Shown: in pieces, positions 25,960 through 38,394 of the stretch | How positions within the stretch are numbered: the first letter of the stretch is position 1 | Layout: each line of letters opens with the position of its first letter | Assembly (NCBI GenBank): GCA_951406725.2 | Contig: OX597814.1 | Coordinates: 93,558,001-93,622,000 of the forward strand | Length of the DNA: 64,000 nucleotides | Direction: 5' to 3' | DNA from: Octopus vulgaris | Lineage: Eukaryota | Notes under the pieces: generated by a model | Databases searched by the model: none | What the model was told of the DNA's origin: nothing | Seen by the model: only the letters and a program-made list of their open reading frames with translations | Program-made: the position numbers and the translations under genes

Positions 25960-26105
25960 TTACCGATTGTTCTATATTATGACCCGTCCTTGTTTGCTTT
26001 GTATCGTCTATTTGGAAGTTTTGTTGTCCCATTTTTGTATCACCTAACTGCCTGGATGTTTTGCTTTCTTGTTCCTTTTTGTATATACTCGCAGACAGAC
26101 AGACA

Positions 26106-26175
<70 letters not shown>

Positions 26176-26360
26176 TGTATATATAAATGACGAGTCCGGG
26201 GACAGGTAAACCTTCGATCTTCTAAACTTTCTTTGTAAAAATACTTTTCATCATTTACAGAGACAAATTCAATGCCTTCTCAGTGTTTTAATGTTTTTAA
26301 TCTATGAGTGTACATATCATACACATGTTAAATATGCATGCATATATAATATATAATATA

Positions 26361-26438
<78 letters not shown>

Positions 26439-28268
26439 ATATATATATATATGCATTATTATTCATAATTTGAAATATGTATTCACGTATATCGTATTTA
26501 CATGTATCGTTATGTATGTGTGTTTGGCAGGAAATCTGAAAATATATTGGAGCATCACGTTATATAACTTGCTTTCTGTTGACTTGTATCGACTAGGACA
26601 TAGTATAAATATGTAGTTGATGTTTGGAAATGTTTGGTTTTCAGATTAAAGGATTTCAATAGTGCGTGTATGTGTAAATGCTTGAGGTTGTATGTATGTA
26701 TGTATGTATGTATGTATGTATGTATGTATGTATGTATGTATGTATGTATGTATGTATTTATTGTATGTATGTATGTATGTATGTATGTATGTATGTATGT
26801 ATGTATGTATGTATTTGCTTGCGAATGTATGGGTACAAATAGAAAAATAAATGTATATGTGCATGTGTAAGTGTGTGTGTGTGTCTGTGTGTTTGTGTGT
26901 TGTAAATCATACATAGATACATGTGTATGTTTTTATGCGGTTTACCGAAACTAACTTTGGCAATTTCTTGTGAACGTACACTTTCCCATCTATATTTGAA
27001 ATAAACATGGCGATAATTTAAACTCATCTTATAGAATCACGTGTACACTTAGCCAGATAATGTCTTAAACCGATGCACACTTATATAGTTCTCCTTACAT
27101 ATACGCACGCACACATACATACACACATGCATACACACACACAAGCATATTCACATATAAACAGCTGATCACATGCATAGTAACACAAATACATACCCTC
27201 CACACATAAACACATACTCACGCGCATGCACACACACACACACACACACTCATACATACACTCTTATGCACAAATCGGCAGATGAATTAATAAGCAGACA
27301 TAAAATTGTGTACGAATTCGATCAATATTGATTTCGAGATAGACAAATAGATGAATAGGTGGGGAGGAGTTCGGTAGATAAGCAGATGAATAGTAAACGA
27401 AAATGTATGCAAAGGAGATGAAAAGAATGAGAGATATAGCGAAACTGGGAGACAGAGAGTAAAAGTGAAAAAGTGAGTAAGGAAGAGGGAATGGCTTTAA
27501 GTGTGCCAGAAAAGCATTAAGTTAGTCATACGAAAGTATGGCTTACCGAACTGATGTTACTGTTAGTGTGATAGGAAATATTGACGAATGGAGTTTGAAT
27601 ATTGTATAAATCTCAAGAAAGAATTCAGTGTGTGTAATACGGTTTATGTCATTTTTTTTTTATATTCTAGTTCTCGTTAAGTCCATATTGAACAGGACTG
27701 TGGTAAATAGTATTGTATTCCTGGCCACCATTTGTTTTTACATATTTAGGACTACAGCAGAATTCCCAGGCTGGAATCCCTGGGGTTCACAAAGAGCAGC
27801 TGTGTTAAAAAAGTTAAAAGCTACTATGAAAACTATATTCAATTATAGATATCTCTCAATTGAGAGATAAAAGTAAGAAAACGAATTTATTACTTAAGTA
27901 AATTAAATTGGGAAAAATTTTAAAGATTTAAAATTGTAAATTTCCTCGTCGTTGGAAAATCCATTTCAATAAAAGAGTTACGTTCTAGGAAAAAGTTTGA
28001 TAACTACAGGTCAATACATTCAATCTCCGTTAGGTAAGTAGTTGGTTGATTGAAAATTAGAGGGTAGGATAATATTTCGTGTAAGCATATACGATTGTAT
28101 GATTACGTTTCACGCTCATATTCATCCGAGGGTCAGTTAAGTCACTTCCAGTCGTAAATTATTAATTCCATCAACTGTGTGATTCTTCAATAAATTTGTG
28201 GTCACATGTGAATTAAAAGATATTTCTTTTTGCAAAATTTTTGATCTGAAACCGTCTGTTTAAACCAG

Positions 28269-28555
28269 TATTGTTATATTTTGAAACCGATACATTAAAA
28301 CCTATAAACACATGCAACGGCTGTTTTTAGTTATATTTTCCCAGAATTTTTGTCACACTTTCCTGCTATCTTCTCAGTGGGTTTAGATTTTCAAATGATT
28401 TTGGCGAATCAATCGTGATTTTTGGTACATTTTCCCAAAACTTCCTGTGATAGAGAAGGTGTGACGGAAATTTCTAGGAAATATAACTAAAAATAAGTAA
28501 CAACTGATGAGAGTATATATAGGCTTAAATATTATTATTGCAAAATATAACAATA
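28269..28555. mobile_element. Diverged inverted-repeat element (about 100-bp arms)
   Basis: TATTGTTATATTTTG..TTTTTAGTTATATTT..GTCACAC versus GTGTGAC..AAATATAACTAAAAA..CAAAATATAACAATA. Confidence 0.65.
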
Positions 28556-29424
28556 TTAAAGTTCAATATGAAAAATATAAATAAAATGTAAATCGTCAAT
28601 GTAAACACATAAGCAAGGAAATATTCACCTCATAATCACACGAATTTATTGAAAATATTCAGGCTAAGATTTGGGGATTTTCTGGGGCCATTAATTTAAT
28701 AAATTTCTCCTACAATGAATCGTTATATAAGGCACTTTGAAGCTTTGCTTAATTCCAAAACCACAATTTCCTCACACAGTTTTGTAGTAGCAAGAGCGGT
28801 TATGTTTGTACAAATATAGATTCCTAATTCGAAACAGAATTAATTTTATTGTAATTGTGCTTGTCGCCAGTCATTTGATTGTATGTTTTGCTAAAAATCA
28901 AAATTTATTTCATTTCGTTAACTTGATGCAATGTAAAGCACGTATCTTAATGACAGCTCATAATAAATTAATTAAAACTGTTTGAGAGGTTAGCTATCTA
29001 TCTAAATGAATACACAGATAGATAAATCTTTTATTTTTGTGCATCTAAAGAATGTTGGCGCCTCTCACAGTATCTTCTCTTTATATTCAGGCAAAAATTT
29101 GTTTTTACACTACGAAATCTGCTACTAGGAAGTCATGTAAAGAAGAAACAATTCTGCTTTGCAGAATGAAGCACAAGTTATTCTAAACAACCAGCCATTA
29201 ATGTACGACAATTAATAATTTGCTAACCAGGCCCATGGAGTAGGAGTTAAGTTCGCAGCAAGACGGTTTCAATTCTTGATTATATCTATTTCAATTTCTT
29301 ATATCAATAATGTCCTTCTGAAGATCATAGTTAGCATTCATTATTTCCTTGCTTTCGATAGACAGGACACATTTGCTGACTAAAATTCAAAGAGATCGAT
29401 TTACCATCCTTGAATGAAATAAAA

Positions 29425-29605
29425 GGGGAGAAGACCCATTCGGTCATGAATGACCTTAGGATTGTACCTAGAAAGTTACCCTCCTAGGAACAATGGGAAA
29501 TAAAGTGTCTTGCTCAAGAATAAAACACACTACCCGAACCGAGAGTCAAACTCACTACCTTGTGATTGTGAGCCCGACACTCTCAACACTGAGCCATGCA
29601 CCTTC
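29425..29605 (-). mobile_element. tRNA-derived SINE family C
   Basis: AAATAAAGTGTCTTGCTCAAGAA..GTGATTGTGAGCCCGACACTCT..CTGAGCCATGC; matches 36440-36750. Confidence 0.8.
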
Positions 29606-29876
29606 TTGATTGAGATATATTTTGGTAATATTTTATTTATAATCACAGCAGCTCTATATTTTATGGAGAACAATATGGTGAACAGAGATGGCAATGTACT
29701 TTCACATGAACATTAGTGTTGTCAGGAAATCACAGCAGACATTATAAAAGTGGTTCATCGATGGGATAGGGAAGATTACAGTAGAGAAGACTCAAATTCA
29801 TACTCAATACAATATGGCTATTCGGTCTGATGCCTCTAAAATCAGCAGGATTGACGTTGACAAAACAATAACCACT

Positions 29877-30107
29877 TATTTCTTTACTACCCATAAGGAG
29901 ATAAACACAGAAAGGACAAACAAGGACAGACAAACGGATTAAGTCGATTACATCGACCCCAGTGCGTAACTGGTACTTAATTTATCGAACCCGAAAGGAT
30001 GAAAGGCAAAGTCGACCTCGGCGGAATTTGAACTCAGAACGTAACGGCAGACGAAATACGGCTACGCATTTCGCCCGGCGTGCTAACGGTTCTGCCAGCT
30101 CACCGCC
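29877..30107 (-). mobile_element. SINE family A, young full-length long-tail copy with TSD
   Basis: Complete head and tail; flanking near-duplicate TTGACA(A)AACAATAACCAC at 29857 and 30108. Confidence 0.95.
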
Positions 30108-30822
30108 TTGACAACAATAACCACCTCAATAGTAAGAACAAGGAAAAATGATGTGAAGACAACCTTAGTAGTAAGTGTAGCAGCATTAGTAATCAGTGTG
30201 ACTAGCATGTTCATGCAGTGAAAACAACCATTGAAAAGAAAAAAAAAAACGTTGCTTATTTTAATTGAGAATGATTAGAATTTGTTCTGATTAATTGGAC
30301 CCTCAAAATTTGAAAGAATTTTCACAAGCACACACAAACACACACGCACAAACACTCACGCACACACATACAAACGCGTGAGCGTATCTATGAATGTTTT
30401 ACTCTGTGTGTGTGTGTGTGTATGTGTCATAATTCATAAACAGAATTTTAGAGAATTTACAAACGTCTAATTATATGAAAGCATTTTTTCTTTACTAATT
30501 ACTAGTTGTAGAAGTCAATATTAACCATATTTATAAATATTTATAGTAGTTGTCGAGGTTGTTGCTTTTAGCCTAAGGTCTGGTACGATCAAGCACGCTC
30601 TGGGATCAAAGATGTCGCAATCATAACCAATAGGGATAGCTAATGTAGGGCAATATTTCCTAAAATCTCCACCATTCAACTCCACGACTTCAAACTTAAA
30701 AAGAAAAGGGCGTGAGTGTTTTTTAATTTAACATCGGAAATACCAAAGCCTTAGGAGTGGATTTGGTAGATGGAAACTAAGAGAAGTCCACCGTGTATGT
30801 ATGTATATATATATATATATAT

Positions 30823-31199
30823 ACTCTTTACTCTTTACTCTTTTACTTGTTTCAGTCATTTGACTGCGGCCATGCTGGAGCACCACCTTTTAGTACTTAT
30901 TCTATCGGTCTCTTTTTGCCGAACCGCTAAGTGACGGGGACCTAAACACACCAGCATCGGTTGTCAAGCAATGCTAGGGGGACAAACACAGACACACAAA
31001 CACACACACATATACATATACATATATACACATATATACGACAGGCTTCTTTCAGTTTCCGTCTACCAAATCCACTCACAAGGCATTGGTCGACCCGGGG
31101 CTATAGCAGAAGACACTTGCCCAAGATGCCACGCAGTGGGACTGAACCCGCAACCGTGTGGTTGGTTAGCAAGCTACTTACCACACAGCCACTCCTGCG

Positions 31200-31201
<2 letters not shown>
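30823..31201 (-). mobile_element. SINE family B, full length
   Basis: Reverse complement of the 22897 copy; (ACTCTTT)n tail; inserted in (TA)n. Confidence 0.95.
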
Positions 31202-31246
<45 letters not shown>

Positions 31247-31251
<5 letters not shown>

Positions 31252-31446
31252 TCCCGGGTTGATACGGGGTTAACCACAGTAAGTAAGGTACTCAATACAT
31301 AGCAGAGTAAAATTAATTTATTATATAGAAGGAGCTTTACAGGACTAGTACTGTTTCATTCAAGAGAAATCTTCAGGAAGCTTCCTGAAGATTTCTCTTG
31401 AATGAAACAGTACTAGTCCTGTAGAAGCTCCTTCTATATAATAAAT
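31247..31446. mobile_element. Palindromic element (65-bp arms, no spacer) made of two back-to-back hammerhead motifs
   Basis: 31316-31380 is the reverse complement of 31381-31446 with a single 1-nt indel; centre GGAAG|CTTCC; bounded by (TA)n on both sides. Confidence 0.9.
31379..31429 (+). ncRNA. Type I hammerhead ribozyme, near-canonical
   Basis: Stem I AGCTTC/GAAGCT; core CTGAAGA; stem II (T.T) TTC-TCTT-GAA; GAA; stem III ACAG-TACTAGTC-CTGT; predicted cleavage after A31423 (GUA). Confidence 0.8.
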
Positions 31447-31469
31447 ATATATATATATATATATATACA

Positions 31470-31700
31470 TATATGTGTGTGTGTGTCTTTGCGCCTATGT
31501 TTGTCCCCCACTCCACTGCTTGACAACCGGTGTTTGTGGATTTAATGTCCACGCAATTTAGTGTTTCGCCAAAAAGAGAACGATAGAATAAGTACCAGAC
31601 TTAAATACTACTGGGGTTGATTCATTCGACTAAGAATTCTTCAAGACAGTGCCCCATTATGACCGTAGTCTAACGACTGAGGCCATTAAAAGATAACCGA
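31470..31700 (+). mobile_element. SINE family B 3' half
   Basis: GCTTGACAACCGGTGTT..GATAGAATAAGTACCAG..GGGGTTGATTCATTCGACTAAG. Confidence 0.75.
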
Positions 31701-31794
31701 TATGAAATCATGTTTAATCGAAATATTTTGTCATAACGTTTATAACGTAATAGTTAGTTGTTATAAAGTCGTTACCTGTTGGTATACCCAGAAT

Positions 31795-32045
31795 AATATT
31801 TGTCTCGAGCCTTAGGACTCATAGGGCCAGGTACCCGCTTTCCATGACTTATCACTGACGGAGGTCATCACATTCCTCTTGAACGGAGCACATGTCCGTC
31901 TTAGAGTTACTAATTTACAACTGAGTGAACTGCAACAATACAAAATGAAGTGTTTTGCTTAAGAACAAAGCGCACAACCTGGCCTGGGAATCGAGACGAC
32001 AATCTTACGATCATAAGTGCAACACCTTACTCAAGTTTATGTGGC
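31795..32045 (-). mobile_element. SINE family C-related copy
   Basis: CTGAGTGAACTG..AAATGAAGTGTTTTGCTTAAGAACA..GGGAATCGAGAC..TCTTACGATCAT. Confidence 0.75.
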
Positions 32046-32098
32046 CAATATTGACATATCTTTTTCTGAACTCAGTCGCCTTAACTAGCATGGTTCTC

Positions 32099-32698
32099 GA
32101 TCATCATCATCCTAGTCAGGTGTCGCACTATGCGATGCTGTGGTCATCACGATGTCTTGCCACCTTCTCCTGTCCTCTACTCCATGGACAGCTGAGAATA
32201 AAGACAATCATCTGTCTGCGATGTCTTTCAGCCAAGAAGTGAGTGGTCTGCCTCTTTTACGTCTGCCGTTCACCTTACCAGTTATGATCGTTCGCTCAAG
32301 CCCATCCCGTCGCATGACGTGGCCAAAGAACCGTAGCTTCCGCTTCATGATGTTTCGCCGAAGCATCATCTCGCAATCGAGCTTTTCTAGTACCCAGTTG
32401 TTCGTCCTTCTCTCCGTCAACGACACTCTAAGGATTCTGCGGTAACACCACATTTCAAAAGCGCTCACTCATTTCTCGTCTGCCTTCAACATTGTCCACG
32501 ACTCGCAGCCGTACGTCGCAATATAGAAAGCGGCAGCCCGAAGTAGCCTTCTCTTCAGTAGCATTGAAACGCCACGACTCTTCCAGATGTTCTCCATATC
32601 TTGTACCACTGGACTCGCTGTCGTGAGCCTTCTCCGTATCTTTGGTGTACTTGATCCGCTGGTGCTGATTGTGGATCCCAAGTACACAAAATCATTTT
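32099..32698 (-). mobile_element. RTE/BovB-type LINE, 5'-truncated 3' end
   Basis: ORFs 32469-32687 and 32208-32468 are in one frame split by one stop: YLGS..IRRRL..IATYGCESWT..AFEMWCYRRILRVS..KLRFFGHVMRRDGLE..RGRP..W; ends in a (GAT)n tail. Confidence 0.95.
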
Positions 32699-32699
32699 G

Positions 32700-32832
32700 T
32701 GGATCTTGATATTGTGGATCTCGATATTGAGGGATAAAAATCTATAATGTCAAACTGTATACATCTGGCTCTACGTTTCTCGATATTAAGGGATAAAAAT
32801 CTACAATGTCAAACTGTGTAAATTTGGCTCTG
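32700..32832. repeat. Tandem duplications (14-bp and about 59-bp units) at the 5' junction of the RTE copy
   Basis: TGTGGATCT(T/C)GATAT x2, then CTCGATATT(G/A)AGGGATAAAAATCTA(T/C)AATGTCAAACTGT x2. Confidence 0.85.
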
Positions 32833-33007
32833 TGTTTATCCTTTACTTACCTAAATCACTCTATGACAGTACTGCTGCTTTCTCATTGTTGTAGTTTAGG
32901 TTAGTAAGTCTCTCTAGTTCTGGTATTACTGTTCTTTACTATATAAGTTGGCGAGCTGGCAGAAACGTTAGCACGCCAGCAAAATGCTTTGTAATATTTC
33001 ATCCGTC

Positions 33008-33108
<101 letters not shown>

Positions 33109-33120
33109 AATGTATGTATG

Positions 33121-33191
<71 letters not shown>

Positions 33192-33648
33192 TATGCCTGC
33201 AAAGAACGAGAGCCTAAGAATACACTTTCTATAATACAGAATGAGTAGCTCAACCAACATACGATAATTCAAAAGTTTTAATATAACAGCATGATATTAT
33301 CACTCTGCCGATACTTTGATGAAAAGCTTAATTTAATAATTTAATGGGACGCTGTTAGAAAATTAATATGTGAATAGATCTTCTTTTGATGCTAGGTTGT
33401 TGACAATTATAACAATTGTTATTTAATTATTACTTACAATAATAATATGATGTTTTTGATGTGATTTGAACAGAAGCTTCCTACGGTATTCCAACATGGC
33501 TGAATATATATTACGATGCCAGAGTTAGTTGTTTTTGTGATAACTTTTATCTTTTCTAAAGATATTATAATGGGAGAATTCACGATATACGCCCTCCATC
33601 TTCTTTTTAGAAGCAGGCATTATATTTTATAGTAATTACTGAATTTAT

Positions 33649-33697
<49 letters not shown>

Positions 33698-34539
33698 GTA
33701 TGTGTGCGTGCGTGTTTGTGTGTGTGTGCGTATGTGTGCGCGTGCTTATGCGTGTGTGCTGCGTGTGTGTATGTGTGCGTGTATGTGTGCGTGTACATAT
33801 ATGAGTGTGTATGTGTAATTATATATATATATATGTATCTATATTGATAGATGTGTCATTTTATATACACATTTTATATACACATACGCGCACAAACACA
33901 CACACGCGCAAACACACACACATACGCACGCAAGCACACACACACACACGCAGACGCACACATGCATACACATATACTGATTTATAAATGTATACACTTC
34001 AACACTGCCATAACGATTTGATAATTTCGAGCACAAATTATGGCCACCGTTTTGGAGAAGTTGCTGACGGTATATCATATCTAGTTGCAGTTATGCTTCT
34101 TATTTATCAATTTATTTATTTATCTACTTCTTCAAAGCGTTATCATTCTCTATAGCATTAAGCAATTATTGAATATATAATCAGTTTACATTTGTTTTAT
34201 ACTGAATAATTGTTGATATTAAGTCCTTTTTGAAAATAGTTTTGAAAATTAGGATTACATGTATAGTCTATGTTAGGCTCCAATTGCCCATTTGGTGAGA
34301 AGAAAACAATAAATATAAATAAGTTAGGTCTATTCTTTTGTTTCTGTTTTATTTTGATTACTTTTCTGTTATTTCGAGTGTTTTTATATAAAACAATTAA
34401 GTACCAGTTTCAATATTTTATTCTCCTGGGAGAGTTTGAATACTAACTTTGAAGTGTTGATTCAATAGTAGAGTGAATAGTCAAATATGTATACAATCAA
34501 GTAATTGTAATATATATCGAGTACTTAATTGAATAATAG

Positions 34540-34770
34540 TGGAGGCATCATGATCGTAAGATTGTGGTTTCGATTCCTGGACCAGGCGACGCGTTGTGTT
34601 CTTGAGCAAAACACTTTATTTCACGTTGCTCCAGTCCACTCAGCTGACAAAAATAAGTAACACTGCGATGGACTGGCATCCCGTCCAGCTGGGGAACACA
34701 TATACCATTGAAACCAGGAAACCGGGCCCATGAGCCTAGCTAGGCTTTAAAAGGGCGCATTTATTATTTT
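34540..34770 (+). mobile_element. SINE family C
   Basis: GGTTTCGATTCCTGGACC (B-box-like), GTTCTTGAGCAAAACACTT, GCTCCAGTCCACTCAGCT. Confidence 0.85.
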
Positions 34771-34829
34771 TTTAATTGAATAATAGCAGTCGTGGTCAGT
34801 TATTTATGTAATATCTCCATATTATATAT

Positions 34830-35654
34830 TCTTTTACTTGCTTCAGTAATTTGACTGCGGCCATGCTGGTACACAGCCTTAAGAGTTTTTTGACGAACAA
34901 ATCGACCCAGAATTTTAAATTTAATTTTTAAACCCTAGTACTTATTATATCGTTCTCTTTTGCTATACCGCTTTAATACAGGAATGTAAACAAACCATCA
35001 CTGGTTGTCAAACAGCGGTGGACAAACAAAGATATGAATACAACACGCACACACATACATATATATATATATACAAGATATACAGTAATACCTCACTTTA
35101 AGAGGACCCGCTTTACGAAACCCCGGGTTTACGAGTTTTATTTAACAATAAATATGAAAAGGTTAAACAACCAAACTTTGAACGAAGTGCAAAAGTTTCT
35201 ACTACCATAACAAATGCTTCTGCGTGTCACCGAGAAATCTATAGAGAGCGAAATAAAAGAGCTTCTAAGCAAAAGACTCTAGACTTGCTTTTTAAAAAGT
35301 ACGTCTACGAATGCTTGTGAATCAGCGATTGCGGCTACAAGTGATGATGTGCGCGAGTCTAGTGCAAGTGAAAGAGATTCAGGAAACGATTACTTTACAT
35401 AAAATATTCTTTACATTCTGCTGTTATTTTATAGCCATTTATTATAAATTTAATAGGTAAAATATTTGTCTGGGGACAAATTACAGTTTATAACATTGCT
35501 ACTGTGGGAAATTAGTGATCTGTTTTACGAGTACGAGATTTTGCTTTACGAGTGATCTCCGGGAATAAAAATTAAATCGTATATCGAAGCCTTATTGTAT
35601 ATATATATATATATATATATATACATACACATACACACACACACATACATATAT

Positions 35655-35690
<36 letters not shown>

Positions 35691-35825
35691 TATATACCTC
35701 CTTTCGTATTCCGTTTACCAAATCCACTCATAAAGATGCGATCGGGGGAAGGCTGTAGTAGGAGAGACTGAAGTCGGGACCATGTGGCTGTGAAATTAAC
35801 TTCTTACCACATAGTCACGCCTGTG
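34830..35825 (-). mobile_element. SINE family B copy split by a Tigger insertion
   Basis: 3' half at 34830-35060 and 5' half at 35695-35825 flank the Tigger element, which sits in the internal microsatellite. Confidence 0.75.
35083..35597 (+). mobile_element. pogo/Tigger-derived non-autonomous element
   Basis: TA|CAGTAATACCTC..CGAAGCCTTATTG|TA termini, subterminal TTTACGA repeats, internal ASACHREIYRERNKRASKQKTLDLLFKK resembling the Tigger transposase C-terminus. Confidence 0.8.
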
Positions 35826-35833
35826 CCTGTATA

Positions 35834-35926
<93 letters not shown>

Positions 35927-35989
35927 CTTTTATTCTTTAATGGTTTTAGTGGAGCACTGAACTTATTTTCTATCGGTTTTTGTTGTCGC

Positions 35990-36330
35990 TTTAAGGCAGG
36001 CAGTTGATCTATGATCGAGTTTGTAGTAGCTGATCTTCCCTGAGTGTATCCTTGAATGTTAGGCTGGTCCAGTATAGTCGTTAGGAGCTTATCCAATATT
36101 TCTTCTTTAATGTTTTAACTGCGGTTACTGTTATGCTTCTGATTTCTTTAGATAAGTAGTTTAACAGCTGAGAACTTCTAAATATCAGACTAGTACAATA
36201 GAGTATTTTTGTTTATGATTTCGAAGGTAGTATATTTGGGAGCTGACAGTATCTGCCAGTATGTACATTAAAGGTCTCTCTAATGCCCCCTGCATTGTAT
36301 AAGACACTTTCTCACAATTGCGAACCAAAA
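35990..36330 (-). mobile_element. CR1-like LINE 3' end, decayed
   Basis: HTGRYCQLP..YCTSLIFRSSQLLN..LDKLLTTILDQPNIQGYTQGRSATTNSIIDQ follows the RT-tail pattern RGPQLFNxLP..LDxxLxxIPDxP..GY..NS. Confidence 0.7.
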
Positions 36331-36439
36331 CCGCTTAGCAACAAAGATATGCTTCACACTACTCACGAGCATATTAGTGTAACAGTGTCGGTGTCACAAT
36401 GAAGAATTACGCCATTCTTTATGAATTAATACTAATAAA

Positions 36440-36750
36440 AGGGTAAAGACCGCTTTCGATCATGAATGATTATGGGATTGCATCAAGTCCAGGCAAGATT
36501 GCTTATGGAATATCAACAGTCACACATGCATACCAGCTTCGTCTCTCCACGTCACCGATGTTATCCAAGGGAAAAGCGAAGGCCGAAACGGCATGTTACC
36601 AGTGACGTCGTAATTCATTTCTAAAGCTGAGTGAACTGGAGCAACGTGAAATAAAGTGTCCAGCTCAAGAACACAAAACACAGCCCGGTCCGGGAATCGA
36701 ACGCACTGCCTCATGATTGTGAGCCCGACACTCTAACCACTGAACCATAA
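36440..36750 (-). mobile_element. SINE family C, near full length
   Basis: CTCTAACCACTGAACCAT head, CCCGGTCCGGGAATCGAAC B-box, body matches the 29425 copy. Confidence 0.9.
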
Positions 36751-36754
36751 CCTA

Positions 36755-36965
36755 TCTTCAGGGGCATTTTGAACGCGAAGGACTACTCGATCTGAAGAAA
36801 ATTGTGACTGGCACCGTTGTTTAATTTGATATGATGTCACCATATAGTGCACATATGATTGTGATGCACGTCCCTGGTTTACCCTTATTAGACGGATAGT
36901 TACGATGGGTATGTTAACTTTCGTATATTTCTACCTCAGCATCACTTCGATGGTATGCGAAAAAG
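36755..36965 (+). mobile_element. Repeat family D (probable LINE 3' UTR), diverged
   Basis: Similar to the reverse complement of 60228-60470 (TTGATATGA..CACCAT..ACCCTTAT(T/C)A..GATGGGTA..CGTATATTT..TCACTT(C/T)GATGG). Confidence 0.7.
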
Positions 36966-36987
36966 AATAACAACATCAGTACATCAT

Positions 36988-37043
<56 letters not shown>

Positions 37044-37061
37044 ATAATAATAATAATAATA

Positions 37062-37276
37062 CATTGTACTATAGGCACAAGGCCTGACATTTGGGGGAGG
37101 GTATAAGTCGATTATATCGACCCCAGTGTGTACCTGGTACTTATTTAATCGACCTCGAAAAGGATAAAAGTATGAAAGTCGACCTCGGCGGAATTTGAAC
37201 TCAGAAAGTAAGGACGAGCGAAATGCCGCGAAGCATTTTGTCCGGCGTGCTAACGGTTCTGGTAGCTCACCGCCTT
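37062..37276 (-). mobile_element. SINE family A (short-tail), full length, between duplicated (TAC)n(TAA)n tracts
   Basis: Complete head and tail; compound microsatellite on both flanks. Confidence 0.92.
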
Positions 37277-37278
37277 AT

Positions 37279-37325
<47 letters not shown>

Positions 37326-37360
37326 ATACTACTACTACTACTAATAATAATAATAATAAT

Positions 37361-38173
37361 AAAAACCCATTCATGGTAAATATTGGATTAAACTAAGCAA
37401 AAAAGACATAGATAAAGCAAAATCGCAACAATGGCCGAGAAGCTCAGGACTCAAAGCAGAGACTGAAGGATTTTTAATTACAGCACAATCCCAAAGCTTG
37501 CCCACCAGAAATTGCCAAAAACATGTTATGAAAAGAAAAAAAAAAAAACTAACTGCAGAAAATGTGGAGATGGACAAGAAACAATAAATCATATTGTCTC
37601 TGGTTGCTCAGTTCTGGCTAAGATGTAATATATTCACAGACATGACAAAGTTGGGACTTGTATACACTGGAGGCTGTGCCAACACTATGGAATAACAACA
37701 GAAAAAAGATGGTACAGGAACACGCCAGAAAAGGTCACAGGGAATGAGAAAGCAACCGTACTCTGGGATGTGCCAATACACACAGACAGAGGAATTAAGG
37801 CTAATAGACCGGATACAGTTGTCACAGATCATCAAGAAAAAAATGTTTTCTAATCGAGGTATCAATACCAACAGATGACAATGTTTCTCTAAAAGAAACG
37901 GAGAAACTTTCAAAATAAAAAGACCTGGAAATAGAGGTAACTCGAATGTGGAGTCTAAAAACAGAAACAATTCCTATCATGGTAGGCGCTTTAGGTATAA
38001 TAAAAAATATTCAGACAGATACATAACAAAACTAGCAGGACTAACATATATGAAAATTGGACTACTAGGCACCGTACAGATCCTCCGTAAACACTTTCAA
38101 TATAGTTAAAATGAAAGCATCACAACAAACCACAGCACACAGTGAAAGCATGCGATAAAAATAAGACTACTGA
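37361..38173 (+). mobile_element. R4/Dong-clade non-LTR retrotransposon 3' end (CCHC knuckle plus restriction-like endonuclease), inserted in (TAA)n
   Basis: KPIHGKYW..GLKAETEGFLITAQSQSLPTRN..CRKCGDGQETINHIVSGCSVLA..RHDKV..LWDVPIHTDRGIKANRPDTVV..IEVSIP..EKLSK*KDLEIEVTRMW..IPIMVGALG; flanked by TAATAATAAT and AATAAT. Confidence 0.95.
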
Positions 38174-38181
38174 ATAATATT

Positions 38182-38394
38182 AATCCTTTGTACTATAGGC
38201 AGAAGGCTTGAAATTTGGAGGTAGAGGAGGATAGTCGATTACATCGATGTTAGTGAGTTATGTAACTTAGTTTATAGACCCCGAAAAGATATAAGACAAA
38301 GTCGACCTTGGCGGAATTTGAACTCAGAACGTAGTGACGGGCGAAATACCGCTAAGCATTTCGTCCAGCGCGCTAACGATTCTGCCAGCTCGCT
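38182..38394 (-). mobile_element. SINE family A (short-tail)
   Basis: GCTAACGATTCTGCCAGCTCGC head; AATCCTTTGTACTATAGGC tail. Confidence 0.9.

Noticed and set aside
37608-37970. 120-aa minus-strand ORF
   Set aside because: Antisense shadow of the Dong endonuclease frame.
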